From: Camelus dromedarius
Taxonomy: Eukaryota
Assembly: GCF_036321535.1 (NCBI RefSeq)
Contig: NC_087437.1
Span: forward strand, 15,130,001-15,194,000
Direction of reading: 5' to 3'
Length of the DNA: 64,000 nucleotides
The notes under the pieces were generated by a model. It was not told the DNA's origin. It saw only the letters and a list, made by a program, of their open reading frames with translations, and made no database searches. The translations under genes were made by a program, and so were the position numbers. Of this stretch, positions 24,571-37,180 are shown piece after piece (the first letter of the stretch is position 1; the number at the start of each line of letters is the position of its first letter).

Positions 24571-25929
24571 TGGCAGTGAGAACCTTGGCAAGAGTGTTTC
24601 CAGTGGGTAATGTGAGCAGAGGCCAGACTACATGGGCTAAGGAGGAGCTGGAAGGGAGAAAGTGCAAACAGAGGCCAGCAGTAACTTGCCCATTGGGTGC
24701 AGAAGGAAGGAGGAAGGTAAAGGAGCTGAGCAGCTCTGGCCCTCCCCAAACTTCCCAGGCTTCCTTTTGGCCTGAAGCTGGAGCAGCTGCAAAGCCCTCC
24801 AGGCTTTTGCTCACGCTGGCCCCCTCCTGTGCTGCCTGCCTCCTAGCACTTGATTTCTACCCTTCAAGAGCAGCTCCTGTTACTACATCTGTTCTGGGCC
24901 CCCAGAACAACAGTAGAACCTATCACGTACGGTATCCCTTGTCACTCAGGAAACAGAGATCATTATGCCCATGTTACAGATGAATAAACTAAGACTCGAG
25001 GCTCTTGGCTAACACGCACCATGCGTTCCTGCCCTTATTATTACCAGTCTCAGTGAAGACCATACATGTTGCTAAGGACACAGACCCCGGAATCAGACAC
25101 AGATGCCACCACCTTCACGTCATCTGTGTCACTTTATCTGGTCTGTTTAACCTCTCAGCATCTCTGTTTCTTCTCATTAAGTCAGAGATACCAGCGTCCC
25201 CCTCCTGGGGCGGCTATGAAGTGTGTGTGAGGTGGTGCCTAGAGTTCCTAGTACATCAGAGGTCTTGGTGTGGGGAGCTGCCCTTGCCCTGGTGGTTGTC
25301 AGGATTGATGGTGGTAAGGACACCCATGTCTCTTCCTCCAAGTCAGCTGTGAGCTCCCTGGGATAAAGATTCTGTGCTGATTCTCTTTGTGTTCCCCACT
25401 TGGCCCAGCATATCCTGTTGCTTTAAAAAATGCTTATGAAATGGAATTGAGCTAAAATGAATTCCAGAAAGACCCAGTGACTAGGGAAGGCCTCACTGCT
25501 CCTGAGGCCTCCAGGCTCTCACGGTCTCTGTCAACCCCCGCTGCCTGCATTCCATGGTGGGGGGAAGGGGGAGAACCCTCCCTTCTGCCCCCTGGAGTCT
25601 TCACATGGCCAGTCTTGCCGTCACTAGGGCCCCCTCTGTGTGTTTATCAGTCCCTGGACCACACCCACCACTCCTGCAGCAGCTGATGAAGGTCTGCTGA
25701 CAATTGGAACTCATGTGTGATCATGAATTAACTGTGGTCACCCAGCTCCTAGTGTGCCAAGGTTGTGGGGGGAGGGCCTGGCCAACGTGACCAATACGCC
25801 CCACCAGAGGTGGAGGGCACCTCTGCAGCCACATGCTCCACCACTTTGTCACTGTCACTGGTGGAACAGCCTGCTCTCCTGTGGGCCACCCTGGGCACTA
25901 GTTTATATCTTTATTGCACAAACACACAG

Positions 25930-26120
25930 TGTTGACAGTCCTTTCCTGGCACTGGCACAGTGCTGATTCACTTAATCCTCAAAACAACCCAGTGAGAAGG
26001 GTTCCTTTGATTAGTGCCATTTTATATTTGGAGACACTGAGGCACAGAGAGGTGAAGTAACTTGCTCAAGGCCACACAGCTACAGTGGTAGAGCCAGGAT
26101 TTAAACCTCCTGCGTCCTGG
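25930..26120 (-). mobile_element. MIR SINE
   Basis: TTAATCCTCAAAACAACCC..CCATTTTATA..GACACTGAGGCACAGAGAGGTGAAGTAACTTGCTCAAGGCCACACAGCT..AGAGCCAGGATTTAAACC. Confidence 0.85.
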
Positions 26121-28445
26121 TGCAGAGTCTCAGCTCCTGGGAACCTCTACTCAGAGATGGCACCGCAGCATGTAGGAAGCCAAGTGCGCCCTCCACCACA
26201 TTGCCCTTCAGGGGTCTGAAGCCCACCTTGAGCCTCACACGTCCCTTACCCCTGGAGCCTCCACTGCCAGCAGCACACCCAGCCTGGAGTGCTCTCCCCA
26301 AGTGGGGTCTGCACACAGCCTGGAGCCGCCGGGACCCTCCCGGATCCTGCTCTGACAGCCCTCTGTCACACTCTGCCCTCTCGAGCACCTTCCCTCCTGT
26401 TGCACCTGCTGCGCGTCCTCCTCTCAGCCACTGGGATGCTGGGCCCCCCGCGGGGCTGACTGTGCCCTCTTCTCCCCTGGAGAAAAGGCGGCGAGGAGGG
26501 GGAGGGGCAGAACCCCAGCTTCTCAGCACGTAACTCGAGGTACAGAGGGCGGGGCGCACAGATGGGATGTCCACGCTCTTCCAGAAAGGACTTCTCAAGG
26601 CCTGGTGTCCTCTTCCAGCTCCGGGTCTCATCTAGGGCAGGCCACTCACTGCTTTGACAGGAGGCATAGCAGGGGCAGGAAAAGGAGAGATCCCCACACA
26701 TCTGGCCCTGCGCCCCTCCAACATCGGGCCCCTCAGCTGCCGGCCTCCTCTCTGGGATTGAGGGGCCCCCCGCCCTGCCCCACCTCTACACTCCACCCGC
26801 CTGGGGTTCGGGTTGTATCTGCGGTGCTTATCCCAGGCCATCTGCCTGTGTGGCCGTCGGCCACCCCTGCAGGGCTGGGCCCTCACCTGGGGTCACGCAT
26901 TGGGCAAGCACCGCTGGCTTCCTTGACCACGTGTGGGCCCGGGGCACCATGGGTCCTGTCATTTGGATGTTGCCAAGTAACCAGAAAACCAGTGCTTTGT
27001 CTCTTTGCCATGACGCTTGTTTTTGAACCGTTCGTTAATCTTTGTATTATAGTCTTTCAAAAATAATTTAACTGTGTTTGAACTCTACTCCACCCGTCAT
27101 TCCACACACTAGTAAAACTTTACCGAGTTTTCTATTTTTCCTATTTCTTTTCCATAAGCCTGTATTTCACTTGGAAAAATCTCAGTATAGCATTTGTCTC
27201 CTACTCTTTGCAATTAGTACCTTTTCACGTTGAGAAGGGCTTGTCACCATCTCTCAGAGTGGCTGCAAGGGCGACCAGGAGTTATTTAAGTCCTCTGCTG
27301 CTCTTGAATGTCAGGGATGTCTCTAACTTTTGTCTTTTATCGACAGGGACTTGACGGATAACCTTCTGCCAACAGTTCTTTGCTTGGGGACTGACTGCCA
27401 GCAGTGTAATTTGAACACCTTTAGGTATTTTTCTCTACGATGTTCAAAATCATTCCTCGAGCTGTATTTCTCCCACTTGGTCCCTTCTTCCTCACCGGTG
27501 ACATCACCCACCCCCCCGCCCTCCACCCCTGTAGAGGAAGGCTGGCCCCAGGGGGAAGAGCATGACTATTGGGCTGTAAAGCACCCCCAGGCTCTGGGGA
27601 CTCCCTGGGGTCTTCCTGGTCCCCAACAACCCAGACAAAGCCCTGGAACTCAGTCAGCTCAGGGCTGATCCAAGCGTGCCATGCAGTGTGGCTGCCTCGA
27701 TCTGAAACTCTGTCCTTCCCCGCCCCCAAGTTCTGCAGGAGGAACCGTAGATCAGAGGCCTTGTGTGGGCACCTTCCTGGGGACAGCTGGATTCCTCACC
27801 TGTAGGGTCGAGGCCTCAGACTTCGCAGTCCAAAGAGGGCTTATCTTCTTTCACTCTTCCTGCTCTGTCAGCTTAGGCTGTGTCACCTAAGGCAAGTTGC
27901 TTAACCTCTCTGTGCAGCACTTGCCTCTTAGAGCCGTGTCAAGAGTGGGTTGGGCTCACTCGATAATGGTCACATTATTACTGTTGTTTTCTGCAAGCTC
28001 AGCAGTGGTCCCCTGTTCCCTCCTCAGCTGTTCCCTGCTTTTCTCCTTAGAAGGCCTACTTCTCCATCAATGTCTCCCCAGAGGCTTCTGCTCAGTGGAG
28101 ACTGGCAGACACTGAATCCAGCCCCCTCTAAGGAAGCTGAGTCTGGGACGCTGTCACCTGTGACCCCAGGCCAGAGGTGGTTGAAGGAATGAGGGGCACC
28201 GCGGGGTGGCGGCAAGCAGGGCCCAAGCCTACCTGTCCCCAAGGAAGCTTAGCTGGAGCCACGTCCTCCCTAATGTTGAGGTGTAGGAGGGGAACTGCAG
28301 GCTTAGGCCTCCTCCCAGGCCCCATCTCCCCTCTCCTCCCCGAGACTTTCTCTGTGTGCACCAGGAGAGGCTGGGCGTCCCAGTCCCAGCCCTAGAACTC
28401 TACCCCCTTGCCTGGGAGCCCACAGCCTGGGCCCTGTCATGGCTG

Positions 28446-28568
<123 letters not shown>

Positions 28569-30433
28569 ACCCAGGCATTTCCTGCTCAGAGGTGCCCCTC
28601 CCTCCCCCTGCCCTCTCCTGAACCTTCACACCTGTCCATGGCAGGGTCAGCCCACAGAAGCCCCAATGACGAGGGTGAGCTAAGCACCTTTTCCTTGTCC
28701 TAAAGTTCCCACGTGGCCTGTATGCCTGTGATCACCCCTCTGGGGCACCTGGAACCTGCCCTGTGCCCTATCTCCCTGGCTGTGGGTCAAGGTCTAGCCC
28801 CATGCTCTCACCTCACTTCTGGAAGGAATCTACTGTTTCATCAGTCTTGCTTCTTGACCCATATCTCCACCTCCTGCATTTGTTCAGGTCTGTGGCCTCC
28901 TCACCGGGAAGGCCTCGGGCTCCCTGTTTCCTTCCCTCTCACTCTGCACAGCTCCCAAGGGTTTTCTGGGTCCTGCCTGGCTGCGCACACACCCTCCGGC
29001 ACTGTTTGGAGTGACCCCGTATCAGGTGGACTGTGAGCCTTCGGGGCAGGGAACAAGTACAAACACAAGCGCAGATAGCAGGATGCCACCTGGGAGACAG
29101 CAGGAGCAGAGCCGCCCCTCCCCACTCAGGCCTGAGGAACTGGTGGGAGGCGCTTCGTAGGACAGAGCTTGGCCTCCCCAGCTCCCGGACCTGAGCCTAC
29201 GGCGGCCAGTGGCTGCTCTGACAGTCACCCATTCCGCCTCTGCCCCGGCCCTGCCCCAAAGCATCAGCACCTCTGCTTCCGAAGCTGTAAACTTTGGGGC
29301 CTCGAAAGCTCTGTGGGGCCCTTTGCCTGAGCTGGGGTCCCTAACACGCCCTGGGCCATGATGAGTCACCTGATGAGGTCACTGGAAGTCAGGCCTCCTC
29401 CCTGTTCATGGGTCACAGGGCGGGAGGGCCGGGGGGTGTGGCCCCTTGCTGGGGAATCAGAAGAGATATTGACTCTCTTTACTGCCCAGTAAAGCCGTGA
29501 ATGCATTCCTGCGCAGCCAGCAGGGGAAGGCCGAGGACGCTGGCCAGGGGGATTCGAACCCAACGCTGGGGAGTCCACAGCTCCCTCACCGAGGTGTAGT
29601 GGGGACTCAGTCTCGCAGGGACTTCTGCTCTGAGAACCTCGCTCTGGCCACAGCAGTAAGAATGATGGCCTCTCTCTGGATTTGTCCTGACCTTCCTTTG
29701 GGGTACCACCCCTCCTTGCTCTTAGGCTATATGGTTGGGGGGCTGACCCCCCAGAGTGGGAGGACATGGGGCCAGGTACTCTGCTGGGGCACAGTCAGGA
29801 CAGCATGCTCTCTCCCTCCCAGGAGGCTGCCACAGTTGGAGAATCTCCCTCAGTGTGGGGGTCTCCGGCATCTTGGGACAATCTGCACCAGGGAGCAGGA
29901 TTGTGGGACAGAGGTCACTGAGGCCGGTGACTGTGTCCTTCCGGCCTCAGCATCTGGCCTTTGCAATTCCATGAGCCAATTTCAGTTTTGTTGGGCTGGA
30001 TTTCCTGTTGCTGGCATGTGAAGGGCCCTGATGAATCCAATAAACTGAGGTTTGGACAACACCGGGCAATTCCCAGAGCGGCCTCAGAGCCAGGCTCTCA
30101 CTTCACCTCAAAGCTGCTGTACCAGGCAGGCCTGATTGTTACTACCCTCTTTAAAGACGAGGAACTAAGGTGAGAGGTGAGCATGGCCCGGCACCCGCGT
30201 CTTCTGAGCACAGATCTTGTCCTTCTGCTGGGTCTCACGTGCCAAGGAGCCACGAATGCTGTGCTGGACTTGGGCCTTGGCGGCTGGACACAAGGGCGGA
30301 GGCAGGACTGACCAGCACCCCGGGGAGATGGCCAAGCTGCAGAGGGCTCCGAAAACATGTGGAGAAATAGCTCCATGGGTGTGATGGTCACTAAAAATCA
30401 TGCTCCCAAAGAATCTGTAATCATGAGGGAAAT

Positions 30434-30562
30434 GGAGGGAGGGTACAGCTCAGTGGTAGAGCACATGCCTAGCATGCACGAGGTCCCGGGTTCAATTCCT
30501 GGTACCTCCATTAAATAAATAAAAATCTAATCCTTCCCCCCCGAAAAAAACAAACAAACAAA
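30434..30562 (+). mobile_element. Vic-1-type camelid tRNA-derived SINE
   Basis: GGGAGGGTACAGCTCAGTGGTAGAGCACATGCCTAGCATGCACGAGGTCCCGGGTTCAATTCCTGGTACCTCCA head with A and B boxes, then TAAA repeats, a C-run and an A-rich tail; imperfect TSD ATGAGG(G/A)AAA. Confidence 0.85.
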
Positions 30563-30626
30563 ATTAATGAGGAAAACACTATGTCATGATGTGAAATAGA
30601 AAGTAGGACAAACAAACTCATAGATC

Positions 30627-30647
30627 ACACACACACACACACACACA
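30627..30647. repeat. Short (AC)n microsatellite
   Basis: Directly visible. Confidence 0.9.
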
Positions 30648-33319
30648 AAATACTTGCAATTATGTTTTCCCAAAATCTGATGCATAGAATTTTTTTAAGA
30701 CTAAGAGAAAATATAATAAAAAGAATCCTTTCTGTGGTAGAAATGTGAGAGGTTTTTTAATCTCATCTTTTCCTACATTTTTTGCACTACTATGATAAAC
30801 ATTACTGTAGGATGGAGCAAATACAATAAACTTTCTGAAAAAAGAAAGAAGGAATCATTTGGTCACATAGCAGTTTTCCCCAAGTACCATGTTCAGAATT
30901 GAGACCAAACCAATCCCTGGAAGGGTGTCGGGGAGGCTGCTCCTGGTCAAGTCCTGCCCTGACCACTGTACCTGGATCTCACAGCTCTGACCTCGGCTGA
31001 AGTTCACACACACCCTATTCCACCTTGGAGCCTCAAAACACAGCAAAGGCTGCTGCTTGGCCATGGCCCCCCCTTACGCTGAACTCCGGCCTCACAGCAG
31101 CCTGCGGGGAGCTGTGGGCATTGTGCCCCTTTCATTGGGGAGAAAACCGAGGTTCAGCAAACCAAGGAATATGCCCTCAGTCACAGGCTGGTGAGGGACA
31201 GAGCTGGAACTTGCACTGCGACCCATCTGGTTCCAAAGTCCGAGCCAGTGGCCGTGCTGTGACGTGGCTTCTATTCTAAAACCTCCCAGGCTGACTTATT
31301 ATTGTCCCTTTCACAAATATTTACTGAGCATCCAATATACCTATGACATGATTCTTATTCACAAAGGCAACCTGGAGCAAATCTGAGACACCAGCACACC
31401 TCCAGCAGCTCTGATGCAACCCAGCCATCACAAAAGGGAGCGTATACAGCTGGTGGGAGTTCAGGACCATCTCTCGGGGGCAGTGGGCAGAATACATCAC
31501 AGCTTATACTTAGAGCTGTTTTCTGTCTCATATTTTTTCATTTCTATTTTTAAACATTTATGATATGCATAATACACTGATACAATAACATCCACATAAA
31601 ACGTATGTGCTAAATCTTTGATTGGCATATAATCAGAAAAGACCCACCAGTTTTGTTTATATGTCTATGTACATGAGCCTGTATATCAGGATGCTCAGGA
31701 AAGTGGTGGAGAAGGTGAGAGCTGCACTAGGATGGGCTTTATCCAGGCAGAGTGAGAGGAGGGCATCAAAGGCAATAAGAGAACATCACCAACCGCAGCT
31801 GGTTGGGAATGTTTCCACCATAATTCAGGGAACGGATTTCAGACCCCTGACCCCAGCCTCCTCCCTCAGACTTGGAGCCTACAGTGTTTGGGCTGGACCC
31901 CTGGGCCTCTGTGGTTCAGCCTGTGCCCACGCAGTCCACCAGCTAGGCTCCTGCCCTGGCCTGGGACATGGCCCCAACTCAGGGTCTTTGGATCCACATC
32001 CTCTGTCTCTTCCACCTCCAGGTCCCTCTAGGCTTCCTTCTTCCCATACCCAGCTGCAACCACTGCCCTGCCCCTTCCAGCTCAGCCCACCTCGAATCCG
32101 GGTCTATGGTCCCATCCCCCACCACCTCAGCCTCTGCCCCTCTGCGCCCTCCACCTGCATCTCAGGTGACCCGGCAGCCCTCAGGGCCTGCTGCCCTGCA
32201 CCTTCCTGAGCAGAGCTGCTCCTGGCATCCAGGCTCAGGCAGTGGCTGTGGGGCTGACCCGGGGCTTTCTCCCAGGTCCCTGTGGCCACTTTCAAGCCTC
32301 TGCTCCTTGAGCCCTGCCTCCTGCAAAGCTCAGACATCCAGCCTAGGCCCCCTCAGCCCTTCCTCATTTCTGTCTCCCATCCCTCACCAGGGCTCTGTCC
32401 AAGGCCGTGGCCTTGACCCAGAGTTTTTCCTCTGGGCCTCCACACCACCACCAGGCTGGACAGCTTCCATGTACACATGGGCCAGTCCTATGCCCTCAGT
32501 TATTGACCTTTTCCACTTTGAGGCCTTGACCTCCCAGCACATCAGTCACCTGCACCCACACCCCAGGCGCCTCCTTCCACCGGGAACGGCTCCACCCGGA
32601 ACACCTGCATTCTACTGCGGCCACATCCCACTGCAGCTGGCCTTGCGCTTCACAGAGTCACACGGGGCTTTAGTGCCTTCAGGTCTCCCATCTGTCTGTC
32701 CCCACCTATTTTCACTTCCTTGCAGCCTAGAACCCCCAGAATTCCCCGGAAGTGTTGTCTTTCTTCTTGATCAAGAGTGACCATCCCTCGGGCTGTGCCC
32801 TCGGTCCATCCCCTCCTGCTTTCTTGGGTAGTAATTTACTGCTTCAAATTTCCTCCACCTCCCCCGACCCAACCCCACAGCGTCATCTCTCTCTCTGTCT
32901 GTCTCTCTCTTTCCTGAACCTCTTTCTACAGCAAATTTGCTTATGTTTTCACGTTCCCCCACATTAATAACAGAGCAACTGCCCACTCCTTGGCTTCCTC
33001 CTACCACTGTCTTTTTTTTTTTTTTTTTTTTTGTCCTCTTTTATGGACAAGCTTCCTGAGATTGTCTCTGTTTTTCTCACTTGCTATTCATGGCTCAACC
33101 CACTGCAAACTGGCCTGGGGTTCTCACAATCATGATGGATTGCTCTTGACCGGATCACCATGGAGGGGCCTTGTTAATTTATCCCCCAACACCTGGGTTC
33201 TGCTCCTGGTGGGTTCTCTGCAGCCTCAGACATGCCCTAGCCTAGCAGGAGCTCTCTCCGGGCTTGGTCTACACACCGCCCCCTCTTGCTTCCCCTGCCC
33301 CGACTCTGGCTGCTTGTGG

Positions 33320-33432
33320 CACCCAGGAGCTTCTGATGCAGCGGGTCTGGGAGGGACCAAGAATTTGCATTTCTTACGTGTTCCTAAGTGATGCTGCTGC
33401 TGGTGGTCCATGGACCAGGCTTTGAGAACCAC
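33320..33432. mobile_element. MER5A-like MITE fragment
   Basis: TTCTGATGCAGCGGGTCTGGG..AAGAATTTGCATTTCT..GTGATGCTGCTGCTGGTGGTCCA..CTTTGAGAACCAC. Confidence 0.8.
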
Positions 33433-36321
33433 CACATTAGAGAAAAGTGCCTTGTCCCGAGCCCCTCAGTGAATATAGCCAGCTCAGTGGGCCCCTGCCA
33501 CCCAAGCTTGGGGAAGGTTCTGCTCCATTTGGGCTTGGCTCACAATGGTGAGGCCCTTAACCTTGGCTTGGACTCACTCTTGGCTCATTTTCCAACTTGC
33601 TCTTGGTCATTGTTGCTGTGGCTGAAGAACAGAAATAGGTATTAAAATGGTCATTAATGGTGCTCGAGGCGGAGGTAAGTGGCAGTGATGGCCATCAGAG
33701 GGTGCTCTGCCTGCTTTCAGATTAGACTCAGACCTTCCTTTCTAACCGTGCAGTTTCTCTATGCTCTGTTCTTTGTGTTTTAAAAGCACACAAAGCCGTG
33801 CTTCAGCAAAGACCTAAAAATATTATCTAATAAGGGCACTCGGAATTCTTTCTTGGTTTCCTCTAAGGCCCCTAAGCTCCTTCCCAGCACCCACTTCTGG
33901 GCTGAGAGTCAGAGGACCCTCCACGAAGGGCCGCTGCCCCCCTGAAGAGGAAATGGACTGAATGAATGTGCTGCTGCAGAACCGTGAAGACAGCCCAAGG
34001 CTAGCATCGCTCCCCCGGGGGGGAGAGCCTCAGCGCTGCCCTCTCCTTCCTCTCTGCCCTCATCTGCTCAAAGGGCTAAATATACAGCCTTCACCTTGAG
34101 CCCCTGCCAAGGGTCTGCCCTGTTTCCCACAGCCAACAAGGGCTGATCTATCTGCATAGGAAGGAGGAGCTTCTGCTCGGAGGGCTGGCACATTTGTGTT
34201 CATGATCACATGAAGCTGCTGAGGCCGGGACTGAGTTTCTTTGCATGAAGCCCAAGAGTGTTTGATACTTTCTTTGGTAGGCACTGTAATAACACGATAC
34301 TCCCTTCCTTACCGAGACCCAGGTCTGACTCAGTCATTCGAAACAGCCACAATTTAATAGAGCCCAGGGAGAGGTGCCTGGATCCCTGCCAGGCAGTCAA
34401 AAGATGCTCAGTAAACATCTGTTGAGTGAATGAATGGGTTCACTCCAGGAAAATCTGTCCATTCCAGAAGATCTGATGTGATCCTGGCTACCCTCATCTA
34501 AACTGAGTTTTTTCTGTTTCTTTTCATCCTTCCCTTTTTAAAGTTCTCAGATGGGGCATAAAACACATCCTTCTTCATCCTGCCAGGGAACATGGAGCAG
34601 TCATCAGCAACACATGAAAATCCCAGGCCACAGGCTCCCCGTGCACTCAGCCAGCCCAGCCCTCCCTCCCGCCCCAGGAGTCCCTGACCACCCCCTGATG
34701 GCCCCAACTGGACGAAGGGCTGTGTCCCCTTCTCTGGAGATTTAAAGCTTCAGGAATCTTCAAGGGAAGGTGTCCTCTGGTGACAGGGGTCCCTCCCCTT
34801 GTGGATTCCTCATGAAGTGGTGCCCCTACCCCATTCCCAGACCTCAGGAGATCTGGGGCCTCAAAGGAGAATTAAAGAACAAAGAAGGGCCAGGGATGGG
34901 AGCCAAAGGTCACTACAAGGTAGATGGAAGATGTTTTTAAAGAATTGATTTGGTGGCCAACTTGTAAAATAAACTTGCTTTTTGGAGCCAGGAGTTGGGA
35001 AGATGGTACACATCCCTGCCTCTCCTTGTGCCTGGTTCCAACAATGACCAAGACCAATGACCCACAGCAAGCCAGGCACAGCTGTCCCCTTAAGGAAGTC
35101 ACAATCTCGCCAGGCAGACAAAGCCATCTTTATCAAAATGGCCACACACTGTGCCGCTGAGGCAGAGGTTAAAAGAATCACTCTGCAGTGTGCCATGGCA
35201 TAGTAAATGGTTCTTGGCAAGTTTGGTGTCACATTTTTCTAGTTTTGAACGAACTAGGAAAACATTCGTAATCATTTCCCAGAATGCTAAAGTTTTGGGT
35301 ACTTAAACTCATGTCAAGTACCACCCCCCTCCCCCAACATTCTCCTTTCTTTGGACAGTGTTGCCCCAGGTCCCAGCCTTAGGAGACTCCACGTGTGCTG
35401 CTCCAGCAAATGGCTGTTGTCCCCCAACCCTCACCTCCAGCCAGCCAGGCAGGCACGGCTCATGCTGGACGGGGTTGGGCAACACTGCCCAGTGGGGCCA
35501 CGTGGCCCAAAGTCGGAGCCCCAGGCTTCCCTCTCTGGGCTGGGATGCCTAAGTGTCTTCCCGGAGAGGAGCCCCTGGAGCGGGCAAGCAGGAAGTCCAC
35601 CCATCCGTCAGCCGAGGCCGGGGTCTGCACCCTCCCATCCTGGCCCTTTGCCTCCACAAATAAAAGACAGTGCAGCAACCCTCTCTCCCACTCGTCTGTC
35701 AACATCCAATGCAGCTCGTGACCTGGCATCTTCAGGGAAACCACGATGAGAAGAAATAGGAGTTTCTAGCAGGTTTCTGAGTCAATCTGCCAACGATTTC
35801 AGCCCAGGCTGATGTCAAAGGAAATGTGGCTGCCGCCCCCTCCAAGCTGGGAAGCGGGCAGGAACCCAGGCCACGACCCCCTCCGGAGCCGACCAGAACC
35901 CCGTGCAGGGAAGTGGAACAGAGCCTGCCACAGACATGTCTTTTGGAGCAATCATCCCAGAACATTTCACAAGCACAGGAGTAAACACATCAGCCTAAAA
36001 ATGTGATACTTCACGGGAAAAAATGAATATGATTAATCTAAGTTTTTAAATATTGAATATTTTTCAATAAATGTTTATTTCATTTGAGTATCTTCAATCC
36101 ACAAGTATTGCTAAGAAGGTTTGGAAATGTTATGGAGTAAAAAACCCCTAATTTATTATTTAAATAACAGATGTGTACAGTGGTGTCATTCACCAGGATA
36201 ACGCCCAGCTCGGAGCTCTCGTGGGAATCGGTCACGAAGACTCTCAGGCATCCTCCACACCCAAGTGCGATGTCAATCCGGCTGGGAGCTCTTGTCACGC
36301 CACCTTCTTCCTTTCCAAGAA

Positions 36322-36675
36322 TGTATTTGGCCTGCGATAACAAAATGCTGTTGCCTGGGTGGCTTATAAGCAACAGAAATGTACTTCTCTCACTTCTGGA
36401 GTCTGAAAGTCCAAGATCAAGGCTCCAACAGATTTGGTGTCTGGTGAGAACCTGCTTCACAGTTCACAGATAGCATCCTTTCACTGTGTCCTTACATAGC
36501 AGAAGGGGAGAGGGAGGTCTTTGGGGTCCCTTTCATAAGGGCACTAATCCCATTCTTGAGGGCTCCACCCTCACAACGTCATCCTTCCCAAAGGCCCCAC
36601 CTCCAAATACCATCTACCTTGGGGATGAGATTTCAACATATGAACTTGGGAGGCGAAAACATTTAGCCTATAGCA
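36322..36675 (-). mobile_element. MaLR LTR (MLT1A-like)
   Basis: CTGGGTGGCTTATAAGCAACAGAAAT..AAGTCCAAGATCAAGG..AAGGGCACTAATCCCATT..GAGGGCTCCACCCTCA..CCCAAAGGCCCCACCTCC..ATTTCAACATATGAA. Confidence 0.88.
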
Positions 36676-36990
36676 ATGGACAAAGAAGAGAAAGTAAGGC
36701 AAGAGAGATTGTGGAGGCATGAATCCAAGCACTGTGCCTCTGTGACCGCTGCATGAACTGACGTGCTGGAGTGACCTCTGAGGGGCCGGAGGGGCTGGGC
36801 ATCAGTAAGTTTGGCCAGAGGCTGAATGCACTTTCTAGAACCTGAGAGCAGGGCATTACGGCAGGAGAGGCCCAAGCCTGCCCTCACACGTAGATCATTG
36901 ACAAATTTCAGTTTTTTTACCGCTAGTAACAAGTTGCTTATAGAGCCTCTGAAACCAGATGGCAGACACCAGTGAATGCAGGCGCTGGGT

Positions 36991-37180
36991 CAGGGTCACC
37001 AAGTGAAATAACAGATGCTCAGTTCACTTTGAATTTCCAACAAACAACAAATTTTTTGTTTAGTATAAGCATGTCCCCAAATTGCATGGGACATGCTTAT
37101 ACTCAAAAAAAAAAATTGTTTCCTGGAAATTCACACTGAACTAGATGTCCTGTATTCTGACTTGCTAAATTTAACAACTA
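36991..37180. mobile_element. MER53 palindromic hAT MITE
   Basis: Central AGTATAAGCATGTCCC/GGGACATGCTTATACT inverted repeat plus outer AGTTCACTTTGAATTTCCA/TGGAAATTCACACTGAACT arms. Confidence 0.85.

Noticed and set aside
30434..30510. tRNA-like sequence (also at about 60940-61010)
   Set aside because: Followed by a SINE body, A-rich tail and TSD; a tRNA-derived SINE head, not a tRNA gene.
31622..32780. Long ORFs of 195 and 270 aa
   Set aside because: No recognisable domain, Pro/Ser-rich composition, no convincing exon structure; partly L2-like sequence.
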